NCBI GenBank assembly: GCA_017413145.1
Contig: JAFPUX010000366.1
Coordinates: forward strand, 1-45,255
DNA: 45,255 bases
Source of the DNA: Kiritimatiellia bacterium
GTDB taxonomy: Bacteria > Verrucomicrobiota > Kiritimatiellia > RFP12 > UBA3636
Direction of reading: 5' to 3'
Shown: in pieces, positions 44,301-45,255 of the stretch
Layout of the letters: each line of letters starts with the position of its first letter
How positions within the stretch are numbered: position 1 is the stretch's first letter
The notes under the pieces: generated by a model
Database searches by the model: none
Told to the model about the DNA's origin: nothing
What the model saw: only the letters and a program-made list of their open reading frames with translations
Position numbers and translations under genes: made by a program

Positions 44301-45128
44301 ATCCCGCACGTCTTCTGCGCCCCGAAGGACACCGCCGGAGCCTGGCAGCTCATGGTCAAGGTCGTCGGCACCGCGCCGAACGAGATCGCCGGCCAGTTCC
44401 AGCCCGTCGCCCGCGGCGAGAACGGAACCGCGCTCTACGACAACGTCCGCGTGACGGTCTACGACGGCACCGACTGGGCCGCCGAGGCGCACAAGGCCGC
44501 GAAGCCGCGCACGATCGACGGCGACCTTTCCGACTGGGACTTCGCCGACCCGATCCCGCTGCTGTGCGTGAACCAGATGGTCGCCGAGGGCGGCTACAAG
44601 TGGTCGCCCGAGAACCTCTCCGGCATCGCGCAGATCGCGTGGGACAACGAGGCGCTCTACATCGCAGCCAAGGTGCGCGACGACGTCCACGTCGCGCAGA
44701 CCGGCGAAAAGACGCTCTCCGGCGACGCGCTCCAGATCGGCCTGCACCCGGCCAACCGCCTCCCCGGCACCGAGGGCGCGGCGATCGAGTGGTACGTGTC
44801 CTCCGCGAGCCCGGGCAGCGGCTCCGGCAAGCACACCGTGTTCCGCCCGGCCGCGCACAGCGCCGGTCTCGCGAGCGGCCAGCTCGCCAAGGACTCCTCC
44901 GTCTACGAGGTCGCCGTGAAGCGCGTCGGCAAGGACACCTGCTACGAGCTGCGCATCCCGTGGGTCGACGCGGGCGGCGTGCGCCCGCAGCCCGGCACGC
45001 GCCTGGGCCTCTCGCTGCGCCTCACGGACGCCGACAACGGCGCCGGCCGCGGCTCGGCCGCCTGGGGCCGGGGCCTCGCGCCCTCGTGGACGCCGGGGTC
45101 CTTCGGCTCGCTCGTGCTCCTGCCGTAG
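41322..45128 (+). CDS. Large secreted glycoside hydrolase-like protein, copy 2 (paralogue of 22725..26528)
   Basis: Signal peptide MKHPLHRSFLAAALCAAALLAPPAAA. Same domain order and motifs as copy 1: IEWLNEIVPG, NLIANGGFEDGKNGW, DGDLSDWDF...AWDNEALYIAAKVRDD. Confidence 0.85.
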   Translation: MKHPLHRSFLAAALCAAALLAPPAAAAVHEDDWLKVETPDKMTPGSGFQVKVTLKKDLGPDENVSVAMHRFKPDGGWRDTGEWRPPQSMKKGETKTYSFSAKYAEDVGSFGPLVFTAPKGDWNKATHKLFCGKIVWAMSPEEAAQKKKAADAAAERKKPPEGITYKKSWIQPRGCFKPGTDEPMAEVHEGESFEIVADYYLDPSEYWNDKCNIVVFGCGPWIDNPDGVHEKSSHHVGYPGLGWGFREVKPGKGTIRVKQTPKKLFRYNSLFFHVRFRGGDDKDFPWTKTCGAPRLVRPVIGLDLVARTAGGLFVAGREKPVLDLIAASDAKAGAPVSIKVVALDSNEKLEEVGTASAKMPAPGETAKVDLSGVVGKRLGCFLAEGRCGDKKVDAFFAVIPDVDKALGGKRAPFGATDLHTELECETAAKLGFSVNRMFTGWGGLVPQRGEYHFDGLSASMDRQLKHGIKPWLMLIGAPEWVLPPHVHSPGFEPYPFDEEGWRESIRAIAKKFGPRVYGIEWLNEIVPGTKSSDPVSDYKRFCRIGAEELRKVNPKAKSMLAGGLWPRNFRLDMLGSGVGKWIDVLPIHYGEYESAAEAIADAAAGGVASVWNDESAAGISVWGMDGREALERSSLQSRYVMRAWPAQLVAGVDGIIYFGGEANPAGNWKYLLDDYTPRPVAATLAVLSAKLGNARPVGGYYAEPGARVFVFERKDGTALAVVESASGDPAKPPVDVKIPATPGTTVVRTDNQGNATEISVGGGNAISVSAGAMPAFYEGLPLGPLAVRCALTVEGQGPLSPKPSVGFVKGADPQLRASVRNPLRTPVEGALNVAIAGKPAVRKPFKLAAGESAHYVLDIPPESLPDGAAEAVAAVAWKAPKAEKADKAARSIAVDNVDPATLGNLIANGGFEDGKNGWHGNGKAVALPGGRPGEEGHALSLDHSAGYVQCLQKVPHPAPGRELLYTAWMRTENMYAGSNVSLYRKEGGTHDLYIPHVFCAPKDTAGAWQLMVKVVGTAPNEIAGQFQPVARGENGTALYDNVRVTVYDGTDWAAEAHKAAKPRTIDGDLSDWDFADPIPLLCVNQMVAEGGYKWSPENLSGIAQIAWDNEALYIAAKVRDDVHVAQTGEKTLSGDALQIGLHPANRLPGTEGAAIEWYVSSASPGSGSGKHTVFRPAAHSAGLASGQLAKDSSVYEVAVKRVGKDTCYELRIPWVDAGGVRPQPGTRLGLSLRLTDADNGAGRGSAAWGRGLAPSWTPGSFGSLVLLP

Positions 45129-45169
45129 CGGCCGTCCGGGGTGAATTGCAAGTGAAATGAGGCGGCGGG

Positions 45170-45255
45170 TCATGCGGCGGGCGGCTCGGCGGCTTTCTCG
45201 GCGGCCGAAAGACCGCCGAGCGAGGCGCGATGGATTTCGTTGATCCGCTCGGCCA
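45170..45255 (-). CDS. 3' end of an unidentified minus-strand gene (27 codons + stop, runs off the window)
   Basis: The reverse strand reads ...AERINEIHRASLGGLSAAEKAAEPPAA then a stop (TGA at 45172-45170). Codons mostly end in G/C, like real genes here. The fragment is too short to identify. Confidence 0.3.
   Translation of the reverse strand, partial: AERINEIHRASLGGLSAAEKAAEPPAA

Overview
This is a very GC-rich 45.3-kb window; third codon positions are almost all G/C, so most long antisense and off-frame ORFs in the track are artefacts. I saw no rRNA, tRNA, CRISPR array, transposase or integrase. The window is a densely packed accessory locus for secreted glycan- or glycoprotein-acting proteins. 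By gene content and composition it resembles PVC-type bacteria (Lentisphaerota, Kiritimatiellota, Verrucomicrobiota); that taxonomic call is inference only.

Gene content:
- Four giant secreted paralogues are built from DUF2341-like, LamG, Ig/Fn3-like and right-handed beta-helix modules. One is cut by the window edge and one is frameshifted.
- There is a BNR-propeller/discoidin protein and a C10 (streptopain-like) cysteine peptidase fused to lectin-like modules.
- Two paralogous enzyme cassettes each contain a sugar-phosphate isomerase-like TIM barrel plus a CapA-like protein. One cassette adds GH20, an MFS transporter and a clan-GH-A hydrolase. The other adds a small secreted ORF and an M14 peptidase.
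- The rest comprises two ~1270-aa glycosidase paralogues arranged as 3.9-kb inverted repeats, a metallophosphoesterase, a LacI-family regulator and a vapBC toxin-antitoxin pair.
- Five gene junctions are ATGA start/stop overlaps.

Most interesting non-coding signal: a conserved promoter-plus-leader module recurs six times, always directly upstream of a large secreted-protein gene. It consists of TTGACA, a spacer starting with a (CG)n run, TAGnnT, G/C-tract hairpins with a U-tract in two copies, a CAATC-N4-GATTG palindrome, an SD and ATGAAA. I read this as a locus-wide regulon under leader (attenuation-type) or operator control that I cannot assign to a known class.

Other notable items:
- A low-GC, in-frame repeat insertion inside the GH20 gene.
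- Three consecutive ~60-nt nested hairpins in one intergenic region.
- A 95-codon C-terminal domain shared, without gaps, by two otherwise unrelated adjacent genes.
- Several short tandem-repeat arrays at promoters.

All coordinates, motifs and counts were derived by hand from the sequence. No database searches were run.
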